A DNA stretch of 58,989 bases, the filler included, from Basidioascus undulatus (Eukaryota): assembly GCA_000826855.1 (NCBI GenBank). It is 8 parts of 8 records of this genome, joined end to end, with 100 filler letters (N's around TTAATTAATTAA, not from the genome) between each part and the next. Parts side by side here need not be neighbours in the genome. Positions count along the whole stretch, not along the records: positions 22,192 to 29,480 come from JTLS01001583.1; positions 29,581 to 36,868 come from JTLS01001584.1; 6 more parts are not named here. One strand, written 5' to 3'. The notes under the pieces are model-generated. The model made no database searches. It had not been told where the DNA came from and worked only from the letters and a program-made list of their open reading frames with translations. The translations under genes were made by a program, and so were the position numbers. Below are positions 24,396 to 36,968 of the stretch, piece after piece. Within the stretch, counting starts at the first letter, position 1. Each line of letters starts with the position of its first letter.

Positions 24396-27300
24396 ATGAC
24401 GACCAAGCGCGGCAGCGTGCAGCAGAACGGGCATGGCGGGGCTGGGGCAGGGCCGGTCACGACGAGCGTGCAAGTCGGTGAGTGGCAGCGAGGACCTGTG
24501 GTTGTGCGGTGCGGTCGTACGGATCGCGGAGGTGGAACTGGGCAGGCAGATGCGGGCTGTCCCTTGCCTTGGCTCGAAGGCGACCCCTGCGCACCCACTA
24601 CCTAGCATCCCCCTTCCTTGCGCCAGGCGACTGACGTCTCTTTCCCATTTCCAGCTCTGCGTATCCGACCGACCACGCCCCAGGACGCCATCTCCATCCC
24701 GACGCGGTGGCAGCGCTCCGTGATCCAGCCCCTCTCCTCCACCTCCATCTCCGTCGACGTCGCGCCCTCCGCGCCAGGCGGGACGCCCTCCAAGCCTGGC
24801 AAGGCCGGCGCGGACAAGGTCACGTTCAGCTTCGATCGCGTACACGGGCCCGACGCGGGCCAGGCGGACCTCTACCGCGAGACGGCCGAGCCCCTCGTCC
24901 GCAAGTTCATCGAGGGCTTCAACGTCACTGTGCTCGCGTACGGGCAGACCAGCTCGGGGAAGAGCTACAGCAGTGCGTCTGGCTCCCCGGAGGATCGTGG
25001 AGGACATGGGCAAGAGGATTGACCTGGGGGTCGTCTGGGACAGTGGGTACTTCCGGCCTCGACGCCGACTACGACTCGTCCCCCTCCCCCGACGCCGACT
25101 CCCGACTCGGCATCATCCCGCGCGCGGTCGTGCAGATCTTCCAGCTGCTCTCTCAGAAGCCGGCCAACACGTTCTCGTACCAGATCAAGAACAGCTTCAT
25201 CGAGATCTACAACGAGGACCTGATCGACCTCCTCGCGGACGGGACGGCGGGCGCGGTGCAGATCCGCGAAGCGACAGACGGAACGATCATCTGGTCCGGC
25301 CTGCGCGAGTCGGCCGTGCGCTCCGCAGGGGACGTGATGGCGAACCTGAAGGCGGGCTCGGCGCTCCGCCAGACAAACCACACAGACATGAACGCCCAGT
25401 CGTCCCGCTCGCACGCTATCTTCTCCCTCACCCTCGTCCAACGCAAGTACGTCGGGTCGAACCCCCCGTCCCCCGCACCGGCCGCGCCCTCGACCCCGCA
25501 GCGCCAGAGCGGCATCGCGCGCCCGGGCCGCGTCGCCAGCCCGACGTTCGGCAGCAGGCCTAACACCCCCTCGAGCTTTGCTGCGCTCGGCAGCGGAAAG
25601 AGCGCCCTCCGCCCGCCCAGCGTGCTCGGAAACCGCTCGCCCAGCCCGGCGTTTGGCGCGCGCGACGAGGACGAGGGGCGCAAGGCGGGGGGAGACGACG
25701 GTGACTGGGTCACCATTACCAGCAAGTTCCACTTCGTCGATCTGGCTGGGTCGGAGCGTGTGCGTTCTTGTTCTTCTACCTCCGCCCCTCCTCGGCCTCG
25801 ACTGCTGAACCGGGATGCGGGGATTAGCTCAAGCGCACAGCCGCTCAAGGCGAGCGCCGATCCGAGGCCATCTCGATCAACTCGGGCCTCCTCGCGCTCG
25901 GCAATGTCATCTCCGCGCTCGGCGACCCGTCCGTAGCCAAGCGCACGACGCACATCCCGTACCGGTAAGGCTGTACCCTCAGAGCGTGTACTTCTCAGCC
26001 GCTGATCCTCCTTTGCTCCGATTCATAGAGACTCGAAACTCACTCGCCTCTTGCAAGACTCGCTGGGCGGGAATGCGCAGACGTGAGTAATACGCAGGTG
26101 GAGGGGTAGGGCGGAGACGCGAAGCTGACTGCTGGAGGGGTTGATAGGACCATGATCGCTTGTGTCAGCCCGGCCGAGTACAACACGAACGAGACCCTGA
26201 ACACGCTCAAGGTACAGTCCCTCCATTCTGCCTGGCCGGAGCTAGCCGGCTTACGTGTATTTCTACAGTACGCCAACCGCGCGCGGAACATCAAGAGTAC
26301 GCCGTCCTTCCCGCCCTGCCAGTCCAAGCCAGCAGAACGCTGACTTTCTACCACATTCTTCAGACAAGGCCGAAGTGAACGAGGTTGAAGTCGGGTGGGA
26401 CGACGTAGACTACCTGCAGTCGACGGTGACGAAGCTGCGGCGCGAGCTGGCGTCGCTCAAGGGCACGGGCAAGCTCCCCCCCGGGGGCGCATCGGACGCG
26501 CGCCTGAAGGAGGAGTACACGAACCTCGAAAGCAAGTACGAGGCGCGCACGTCCGAGCTCGACCGCCTCAAGCGCGAGCTCGCAGAGCAGCCCGTCGCTG
26601 TCCCCAGCTCGCCCACGACTGCTGCCAGCAAGGCCAGCTCGTTCGCGGAGATGGTCGCGCCGGTTATTGAGGAGTACGAGAAGACGGTGTGTTGCGGTTG
26701 CGGTTGCGGTTGCTGGGGAAAGAAGAGCGGTGCTGACTGGTTTGGAGTGCGGGTTACAGATCAGCTCGCTGGAGAGCGAGCTGAAACTTACGAAGGCTGC
26801 TCTGGTGCGGTGCTGCGTAGTCTACACTTGAGTGGTCTTGGGAGCTGACACTATTGCCGTGCGCAGTCTCATACGAACGCGGTCTTCGTCGACAAAGAGA
26901 CGGAGCTTGAGGAGCTGGCGGAGCGGCATTCGTCAAGCCTCACGCTCATCGAAGACCTCAAGTTGCGCGTCTCGCGGCTGGCCGACCGCGAGTCGACGAC
27001 CGAGAGTTATGTGCGTCATCCACATTTGGATCAGGGTTCAAAGGTGCCGTATTGACTCGAAAATTCAGGTTCGCGAGCTCGAGGACAAGATCAAGGCGTA
27101 CTCCGAAGGCGACGACGCGTCTGCCGTGTCGATCAGCGAGCTCCGCAAGGACATCGCGCGGTACAAGGAGCAGGAGGCCAACACGGAGAAGTACATCAAG
27201 GACCTCGAGGCGAAGCTGGCGCGGACGGACGAGGGCTCCGCGGCGCTCGCGGCGCAGGTCGAGAAGCTCGAGCGGCAGGCTGCGGAGCGCGATGAGGCGT

Positions 27301-29480
27301 TCGCGGCGCTACAGGAGAAGCTCGCGCTCGCGGAGAGCAGCTCGGACAAGAGGGACCTCCTCAACGCGCTCGACGAGCGCGACGCGCGCTTGACGGAGCT
27401 CGAGGCTCGCCTTGAGGCCCTCGTCGACGAGAAGCAGGACCTCGCGGCTGAGCGCTTGCGGCTCCGCGAGGAGGCGCGGAAGGAGGAGGGCGTAAGGGAG
27501 ACGCTCAAGAAGCGCATTGCCGCGCTGGAGGACTCGAGTCGGAGCGCCGCGGCCGTGCCTTTGCCGACGCCGACTGCTTCGGACGCGGCCGTCACTGCGC
27601 CGACAACACCGAACGAGACGTCGACTCCGACGGAGAAGCGCTCTCCGGAGGACCTTACCCCTCCGACAACGCCCCAGGGCTCTGCGTCTGACTCCCACCG
27701 CCCGCCCGCGGACGACCCCGCTGCCGACGCGGCGCGCGCGGACGACGTCGTCGCCGTACCGTCTGCCCCGCCTTCCGAGCAAGTCGTCGGCGGCTTGCGC
27801 GAAGAGCTGCGCGTCCTGCAAGAGACGCACAGCCGCACGCTTAGCGAGCTCGAGGACCTCTCGTCCCGCTACCGCGATTCGTTGCGGGAAATCGGCGACC
27901 TCCACAGCCAGATCGAGGAGGCCCGGCTCATCGGCGCGGAGAAGGCCGACCGCCTGCCCTCGTCTCCATCCTTCGCCGGCCCGGAAACGCCCGAGTTCTC
28001 GCCCTCCGACTCTGGCTCAGACGACAGTCCGCGCGGGGCGTCGTCGTCTCCGCGCGGGCGGCGGCGGCGGATGTCGGTCGACCCGGGCGCGACGGCGACG
28101 AGCCCGGGGAGCGTGTCGCGCCGGTTCAGCGCGGGTTTTGGGCGGGCGCCCTTGGCGGTGTTGCCCCCGGGGGCGCCGACAACCGCGCAACACGGTCGAA
28201 CCTCATCCTTGCTGCTCTCGCAGGAGCTGTCGTCGGCGCGGGGATCGCGTTCGAGCTGGGCCGGTCCGCCGTCGCCGAATCGGATTAGCCCCATCCGCCC
28301 GATGTCGCTGTTCGGCGGACCGCAGGAGCGCAGCATCGCGAGCCTCGAACGGGAGATCCAGACGCTGCAGAAGGTGCGCTGGGTTTCAGCTTTTTATTTC
28401 CTCGGCATGGGGACTGATTCTGATCTGGTGGACGCGCACAGACGCTCAAAGAGCGCGAGGAGGAGATTGCCCTGCTCGAAAGGGAGCTTCCGCACGCCCG
28501 CCAACTCCTCCCAGCTCAGATCCCTCTTCCTCCTCCCCCCGCCAACGGCACTCGCGACCTCCCCGCCGAGACCGACACCCTCCCCCCTCCGGCACCGAAG
28601 TTCCTGTCCACCCTCTCGCCCAGCACCTCGCAGAACTTCGACGCGCTGCGCCAAGGGCTCGACTCCGAGGGCGACCAGAACGAGCAGCATCTCCAACGTC
28701 TCAACGAGCTCATGAGGTGGGTTTATTCGGTCGTCGTAACCATGCGGCGCCATTCCTGACACTTCTTTGAAGCTCCATGGCCCAGAAGGAGTCGTCGCAT
28801 CGCGAGGTAGTCGACAAGCTCTCGGACCAGCTCGAGGTAGAGCGGCGGCAGCACGAGGAGCTCAAGATGCTCAGCCGGAACCAGGTCGCGAACATGTCGA
28901 CCGAGCTCGAGAACCTCAGACAGCAGCTGCGTCTGGTCGACGAAGAGCGGATTGCGCTCGCCGACAAGGTCAGCGAGGCCGGACGGCACGCGACGGACGC
29001 CGCCGAGACGCGCAAGCTCGCCGACGAGGCGCACGCGAGCGTTCTTCGTCGTGCAATCTCCAGTCACGAAGACGCGCTGCGCAAGAAGGATGAGGAGCTC
29101 GCGGCCGCGCTCGCCGAGCGCGACGAGCGTCATGCGGAGGAGATTAAGCGCGGCGAGATCGAGCGCGCCGGCACCCTGACCGAGAGCCAGGAGGAACACG
29201 CCGAGATCCTTGCGCGCCTGCGCGACGAGCATCAAGCTGCGTCCGAGAAGCGCGATGTCGCACACGCCGCGGCGCTGTCCAAGCTCAAGGACGACCACGC
29301 GGGCGCCCTGTCGTCCCGAGACGAGGAGCACGCGACCGCGCTTGAGACGCTCAAGGCAGAGCACGCGACGCTGCTGGCGAGGGCGACGGACGACCGCGCG
29401 CGCGAAGCCGAGGCTCACCAGGCCGCGCTCGCGCGGCACCGCGAGGACGCCGAGCGGGCAGCGGAGAAGGCCAAGGCGGA
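24396..29480 (+). CDS. Kinesin-4 (KIF4/KIF21-like) motor with a long coiled-coil stalk, multi-exon, 3'-partial
   Basis: VQVALRIRP; P-loop [93 protein letters not shown]. Confidence 0.93.
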
Positions 29481-29580
29481 NNNNNNNNNNNNNNNNNNNN
29501 NNNNNNNNNNNNNNNNNNNNNNNNTTAATTAATTAANNNNNNNNNNNNNNNNNNNNNNNNNNNNNNNNNNNNNNNNNNNN
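29481..29580. other. Artificial contig linker
   Basis: N44-TTAATTAATTAA-N44. Confidence 0.98.
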
Positions 29581-30411
29581 GGAAAGGGTGAGAGCGTAAA
29601 ATGAGGTGGCAAGGTTTGACAGTTGTCGAGAATTGAATATTTGTTAAGACGTTCATGACAGTACCTAAGATACCGCAGCAGCAATTTGGCAATAACTGAA
29701 TGATCTTGCATTCCTAAATGCCTTGGAACCCCATGCATCAAGAACCATTACGCTGCAATCAACATGGCAAACACCAGCTGACCAACTACTTAAGGGTGAC
29801 CTTTACAAACAAGTCCTCTAACCTGCCTGCCAGCAGATTCTCCGCCTTGGACAGCCTCAGTGCCAGTCCCAGATCCAGTTTGAAGACAGCATCACACACT
29901 GCTGGCTCTCATTCTCACCTTAAAACACATGGACCTCCTTCCCCTTGGGCCAATTGGGCTTCTCGTTGAGCTCAGTGCAAAAGCAGGCAGTGTAACACAG
30001 TTGGCACCATGCAATACGGAGGTTCCGCGGACCAGCGCGTGTCCCTTGTCATGGGCCACTGTCACGCATCAACCGCACCCGCGCTTGCCAGTCTTAACCT
30101 GCTCAATTCCCTTTCATGCTGTTCCCTTTCATGCGTCTCCTTTATAGTAGTTTCCCCTTGTTCTCTTAGCCTACATATCCTCTCCCTCCTCTGGCTGAAG
30201 AAAAGGAACACTTAGCCACATGGCCTCGCAGTCCCCGCTCTCCCTAATTTCTGGCTCAAGTCTTTGCTCTGTCACCTCGAATCGGCCTCAATATTGCTTT
30301 TATACATCTGCATCGCTACCCTGCACCCAGACACCCCCGTGCTACAATTCTGTCCCTGTACTCTCTAGAAGCCTGCTAGCGGCGTTGCGGACAGAGCTCT
30401 TGATTCCTAAT

Positions 30412-30513
30412 CTAAACCTATCTTACCTTACCTTACCATACCTTACCTTACCTTACCCTACTTTACCTTACTTTACCCTACCTTACACTACCTTACTTTA
30501 CCCTACCTTACCA
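30412..30513. repeat. Imperfect pentanucleotide microsatellite (TACCT)n, about 20 units
   Basis: cttaccttaccttaccataccttaccttaccttaccctactttacc... Confidence 0.92.
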
Positions 30514-31072
30514 TCGCGGTCACTCTCCGCAGCCATGCCCGTTGTTGCATGCTCTTGTCTTTACGATTGTCAAGTTCCAGCTGGGGCCATCCTCAAGATG
30601 CAAAGCTATACCCTCTCCGCCCTCAACCCGGCCATTCTACGCACATGTGTTGCCACGAAAGACCAGAGCACGTTTTCGGACAGGTCAGTTCCTTTGCATG
30701 CGGTCATCACACTCGTCTTCGCCCCATCCCATTCTCTTTTGTGGCTACACGGACGGATTCATGCCAAGTCTTGCCCGACTCGCACGCCGTGTCGTCGCAC
30801 TTTTGGTGACAAGCTGGCATGGCGGTGTCTACTGCCTGCCGACCGGCGGACTCCAGCCTTTCGCACTCCAGCCTTTCGCCCTGGTTGCGGCATTCGTAGC
30901 ACTAGATCGAAGCCCACACCTTCCAGAGCACAAAGCTAACTTGAACCCTCCCAGTGTTGTACAAACTCGCAGACCATCGCCACCTCAACCCCGCGGCCGC
31001 CTCTCTGATATCCTAGCACCGCCGCTCATTTGGACCTGTAGGCGCTCCGCCTCGCTCTCCGTCCCAGGCCGG

Positions 31073-33788
31073 CTAAGCCGCTTTGGGCCCGTGTGGCTTC
31101 CTGCCTTCGCCTTCGATAGGATTGCACCGCTTGACCAGGAGCGGCAGGCCGCCGCGCGGCTTCATGGTGATGGCCGAGTCTGCAGATGCGTTAAAGTCAT
31201 CAGCGAAGCGACCGAAAGGATAAGGAATACGCGAAAGAGCTCACCCGCTGCAACTTTCTGACCAGGTTCCGCGAGCTCGAACTCAAAGTTGGCGATGAGG
31301 GTGCAGAGAACGGCCTTCATCTCGACTGCAGCGGGGTAAATGAGGGTGCGGTGATGCGAGATCAGTGTCATCCAAGACACCCTTTCATACAGACTTCACT
31401 CACGAATAGACATTGCTCGACCGATGCACGCGTGCGGTCTGGAATGGGCAAAGCGTCAAGTGAGAGATCGTCTCCCCAAGCAGTCATCCAAGCCGCCGAG
31501 TGCTCACCCAGCGATGAAGCTCAACAGCGAGAATTGCGGGTTGTAGCGCTCGGGGAGGTCGAGCCATCGCTCTGGTCTGACTGCAGACGAAGACCAACGA
31601 CCGGTCAACCGCAGACCGACGGCACACATGCTCAAAAGGTCCTCTTACAGTCTTCAGCATCGCTTCCCCAAACACGAGGGTCCATGTTAACGACTCGGTT
31701 CGCAATGTAGAGGTAGGTCCCCTTGGGCACCCACGTCCCGTCGATCCAATCGCTCTTCGCCGCGATGCGCATCGTGGCTGGCACCGGCGGCTGAATTCGG
31801 AGGGTTTCGTGAACGACGCAGTCTAGGTACTTGAGCTCCTTAACCATACGGTAACCAGGCATCGAGTTGACGTTGACGAGCTGCGGGTCGGAATGAGCGG
31901 ATGTCATCGCGGCGGCGCGAGGAACGGTCGGCCGGTGCCGCTCACATCCTGACATTCCTCTCGAAGCTTTGCTTGCGCTTTCTGATTGTTCGCCAGCAGC
32001 CAAAGCGCCCAGGTACAGCCCGAGGCGGTCGTCTCGTGGCCGGCACCGAGGAAAGTGAGCACTTGATCCTCCATCGCCTCTGCGATGCGGGAACCGACGA
32101 AGGATCTGGCACTGTCAGCGAATGCACAGTGCTCCTGCGAACAAGCTCGCGTAAACCGCGTGCCACTCGCCACTCACTATCGTCCATCTTGAAGCTTTCT
32201 TCAGCCGAAAGATTCGCCCTGACGAGCAGGCTGAGGATATCCTTTTTGCCGCCGCTCTTTCCCTCAGCGCCGAGCTTCTCCGCCTCCTGGATCTTTTCGC
32301 GCAGCAAGCCCCGACTGATCTGTTTGATCGTGTACATGCTCTGCGCAAAGGTGCCTGCGGTGCACCGCGGCCGATGCGATGAACGACGAGATACATGTTA
32401 GCTTTCTTTCTTGAAGAGACGCCGAAGGGACCACGGCCGCCACCTACCGATGAGCTTGAAGTGCTCTATGCCGGTTACTCGGTAAAAGGCGTTGAACACG
32501 CGAGGTGACCATGGCCTGAGGTAGAAGAAGCAGCGTGATCAGATGCGTGATGTTTGGGGTCAACCGGCCTTCTCTCAAACCGGACACTCACTGGTCATTC
32601 AGCCACGTTGCGACTTGAGGAGCAAAGGGGAGGGACAAGAGAACAAAGAGCACCGCCAGGTTAGGGCCGCTCTGAAGGTCTGCGCGCGGAGACGGAGGTG
32701 AGAGGGGCCTATGGCTCGCAAGACGACGTATGGCTGTCGCTGCTCACTGATAAGATTGCTGTATGCCACAGAGAGGGGCACGTCCGGGTTGTGCACGCTG
32801 TTCACCTCGTACCCAAAAGCGGTGATGCCGATGATGTCAAGCAGGCATCGCGAGATCCACTCGTAGCAGTCCAAAATGGCGCCCTTGGACGGATCCTCCG
32901 ATCGCTGGATCTCCGCCTCGAGCTGTTTCACCAGGCCGGTGATCGGACCGTAGTACATGTTAAACTCTGGGAAAGGGGAGCAGCAGAGCAGAAGCGGTAA
33001 GGCCCTTGACGTTCAGCCACGCTGATTCAGTCGGAGGGCTCACGCGGCACAAGGTTCGTCATCGAGAAAGCAGGACTGCGGGCGGAGAAGCAGCGTCAGC
33101 CGACGAGCTCGGGTTCTCCATCGTGATCCACCCCGTCTGCCCGCCTTCACTCACTTCATGAACCTCCTCATCGCCTTGTGCTTCGGCCCTTCCACCGTGA
33201 GAAGACCGTACCCGGCTGCTTGGCCTAGCACGTTGGACACGAAAGCCGGCTGCAACGAGCAAGAAGGATCGAACTGAGAATTGTCAATGCAGAGGTAGGA
33301 TGCAGCGCGCGGACGCTCCGATTCACTCGCCTTGGGGTACTCGTACGCATCATCCACCAGAATCTTCTTGAGAGCCTCCGGACGAAGGAAGATCAATCGC
33401 TCGAGCCCGAAAGGACCTGCCGCTCGAATGACGCCCTTCTCCCCGTACTGCAAAAGGTGGACCACGCCGTCAGGCGCCTGAGCTGCGTCCAACTTGCGGC
33501 CAACAACCAACTCCTTTGGGTACCCACCTGCTTGTTCCATTGCATTTGCAAAATGCCTGCCTCCGTGGCCAGGATGGGCCCCATTTGGCCCCACAGCCAG
33601 TGGCCGTACTCTGGCCCCGGCAGGCGACGGAGAGGGGAAAAGAAGCGCGCATAGAGGCAGATCCTGAAGACGACGTAGGCCACGAGAAGCAGAATGACGC
33701 CGCCGTACAAGTGCGAGCGAGGTGTGTGATAGAGATAACTTTGCACCTTGTCCAGCGCTGACCCTGGGGATGCCTCAAAGCGTGTCAT
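31073..33788 (-). CDS. Cytochrome P450 monooxygenase, multi-exon
   Basis: N-terminal TM followed by SPLRRLPGP; GLLTVEG..H; I-helix FLGAGHETTA; ETLR; spliced heme motif FIAG|PHACIG; EMKAVL; stop TAG at 31073-31075. Confidence 0.93.
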
Positions 33789-35388
33789 GATGAGGATTGC
33801 TGATCGGGAATGGAGGTGCCGCGGACGAGCCCATTAAATGAAAGGCTCATGAAGAAGGAAAGGTATGCATCTGGTCTAGATGATCATGCGCATCCATGCT
33901 CCTTGACGCCATGTGATCCACAGAACGAGGTCAGCTGAGTGTCCGATTGTGGGATTGCGACGACACTTGTCTAAGTATCAGCGCGGAGTCGGTGCCAATT
34001 GATGTACAATTCCGCCCGAACACCGAGTGCAAACCCGTGCCCAGTCGCCGTCGGTGTCCCTCCTTCCGTGGGGGATGAGTTGGGGAGACTCCGGCACGGC
34101 GTCATGACATGGGTTCACCTCGGGTCTGGTACGGGGTGAATGTGACTGGGATAATGATATCACCATAGGCAACGATAATACTACCCCTGGTATCACCATC
34201 ATCGATCGCATTCTTAACACCGCCCTCCGCTGCGAAAGCGAACGTCGACAAGCTCAAACCACTGCCTCTCCCGACTCCTCCACTCCCTCAAGCACTCGCC
34301 CAGTTCGTCGTCGTTGGATCCCCACCTAACCCCTTTGTTGCGCGATGCAAAATCCCACATCTCAAGATAATACACGTCAAGACCACGCGTCAAGATCTCG
34401 TCGCATAGCCCTCCATAGATCCTCCCTCATGTCGTCGCCCGCTGTACCTCCTGAGCCCACTAGTGGCGTCGCATGCAGGGCTCTTAAAATCCTAACCCAA
34501 CCAGCCATGAAGTGGGCTTGGGCTGGGTCATACTCGCAAGTCTGGTGAAGTGTCAGTAACGAGAGAAGGAGATAGCGAGGCGTGGCAGGTGGCGAAGAGA
34601 AGAGATCCGGCAAGTCACATTTCCTTGTTCAGGACCGCTCTTTTTCTTGTACCGAGAGTCGACTTGATAGATCGAAATCTTGCCTTCAATAAGCCTATTA
34701 CTGCTCCTTGACAATTCACATGTCACTCAAATAGCACTGCCATTGCGAGCCAAAGCGTTTAGCCAGAAAATGCGATCCCGACAACGCAGACACCAATGTA
34801 TACCCGTCCCAGACCCAGTCCAGCTTCTGTATCATGCGACATGCATATGCTTGCCGAACAAGAGACCAGAAACGCCAGACGAGTAACGAGCTAACAAAGA
34901 CTGCGCGAACGCAAGGGGGTAACACCAAAGTCGAACGAAAGAAAGGGCAGAGAAGAAGTCGAAAGAAGCGTCAAGCGTTCATGTGTTCAAATTCAAGTTA
35001 AACGTGTGTCTGCGAGAATGGGATTGCGAGCGAGCTGCGTGCGATGGGGATGTAGGTGACATGCGAGGCGAAGCAAAGTGTGGGGTATGTTACTGTTGAT
35101 TGCTGCGGATAGAGGAGTGCGATGGATGTATGTGTGGTATGAGAGCGTGGCTGTGCGGGTATGCGTCGTGCGTGCAAGGCGGGGAAGCAAAGGCGAAGGC
35201 GAAGGGGGTCGAATAGCGCGTGCGCAGTGGTTGGTTGGGTGCTGCGAGGCGGGGTGGAATGCGCTCTTCAAAGGGAGGCGCTGCGTGGGGTGGAACCAGA
35301 GTACGTGAAGGCGTCAGCGTCAGTGCGAAAGCGAGGTCCGCGCTAGGACGGACGCACAAGAGGTCGCGCTTGCCGTCGAGTCACGCGT

Positions 35389-36755
35389 TCATTGCGGCGG
35401 GATGAAAGAGACGATCTCGTCGTAGAGGAGCTCTGCGTGCCGGGAGTCAGCATCGTCCGCTGCGCGCGAGAGAGAAGGGAGCGTGGAAGGACCAGCGATG
35501 CACTCTTCAGCTCCTCCTTCGAGATCTCGTCCTTCCTAAAGTCGAAGTCGAAAAAGTCTGGGTCGAGCGGGGGCGCGCCGGGCTCGTCGTCCGGGTCGTG
35601 GTACTGTCCGATCCATTGCCGTTCGCTCGAGTCAGTCCACGGTTCTCGGATTGTGGGGAAACAAAGTGGAGAGGGGAAGGGGCGGGTGGGAAGACGGAGG
35701 TAAGGGGAGACGGAGGTAAGGGGAGAAGGTGCGGGTGGAGGACGCGAGGAGGGAGGAAGAGTGGAGTGGGGACAAATAAGGAAGTGAGGGGTTGAAGGAA
35801 GGGCGAGCGGGAGTTGTGGGACGCGGGTGGGTAGGAGTGGAGAAGATCGGGGCGAGAAACAGGGAGAAACACGCACCGCAGCCAAATAAGGGTGGCTCAA
35901 GCACTCCTCGACGTTCATCCTTGTCTTGGGGCTGAAGGTCTGTTGTCGCCACACCGGCAATCCCAATCAGCATCCCTTCCCACCTTCCCATCTTACCATT
36001 CCCCCCTTTCGCAGCACTCTCCCGCCCTTCCGCCGCCACCCACCGCAGGAAGGAACAGCGAACGCACCAGCGTCTTCGTCAAGAAATCCATCGCCTCGGC
36101 ACTCGCGTTCGGGAACTGGCTCGCAAAGCTGCGCTTCTTCCGGAAGGGAAGGGCACGGATGTAGTCCCTGCTGCGCCGGGAGCTGCACGTCGTCCCGCCG
36201 CATTGTAAGAATACCGCGCAACGACAGTCGAAAGGGAAAGGAGAAGGGAGGGAGGGATGAGGGGATGAGGGGAGGAGGGGCGGCGTGGATGAGTGTAGGA
36301 GTGGAGGAGGGAGGAGTGGATGGAGGAGGAGGGGAGGTGTGAAGAAGGAAAGAAGCGAAGAGGGGAACTACGCACCCAATCGCGTAAAACTCGTCGAGCG
36401 AGGGCGTGCCGAGGACGTCGAGGATAAGCGTGAGCTGGTGGTGGTCTGCGGGGTGCCACACGCAGGGTTGGGTCAGTCGACTGCCGCATACTTGGGGTGT
36501 GGAGGTTGAGATGCGAAATAGGAGGCGGGTGGATGCCGGCGGGGGAAGGAGGCTCGAGAGGCGTAGATGAGGAAGGAACGAGAGGGGGAGAAGGAGGACA
36601 GATTGTCGGAAAAGGGGACCATGGATAAAAAGGCCCGGCAAAAGCCCTGCGAGGCAGAGCGGAGAAGGAGGATAGGGGCACGCACAGTCCCTCCCCGGAA
36701 ACAGCGGCTTCCCGCTGAGCATCTCCGCAAGTATGCACCCGACGCTCCAGATGTC
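35389..36755 (-). CDS. Fus3/Kss1-type MAP kinase, C-terminal half (5' part lost in the gap)
   Basis: DIWSVGCILAEMLSGKPLFPGRD; HHQLTLILDVLGTPSLDEFYAI; RSRDYIRALPFRKK; HPYLAA-YHDPDDEP; LLYDEI; stop at 35389-35391. Confidence 0.92.
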
Positions 36756-36868
36756 CTGTCCTCACAAACGTCCCCCACAGCCCGATCAGCAACCCGCTCC
36801 TAACCCTCTTCCGAAGCAATTGCAAAGGAGAGGATGATGGAGAAGGCGGAGAAGAGGAGCAGGAGGGG

Positions 36869-36968
36869 NNNNNNNNNNNNNNNNNNNNNNNNNNNNNNNN
36901 NNNNNNNNNNNNTTAATTAATTAANNNNNNNNNNNNNNNNNNNNNNNNNNNNNNNNNNNNNNNNNNNN
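36869..36968. other. Artificial contig linker
   Basis: N44-TTAATTAATTAA-N44. Confidence 0.98.

Noticed and set aside
30412..30513. Telomeric repeat
   Set aside because: It is internal and imperfect, and the unit TAAGG is not TTAGGG or TTAGG. The LTLPY ORF over it is a by-product of the repeat.
34377..34613. Short protein-like minus-strand ORF (WVRILRAL..DLWRAMRRDLD)
   Set aside because: No identifiable family or upstream exons.
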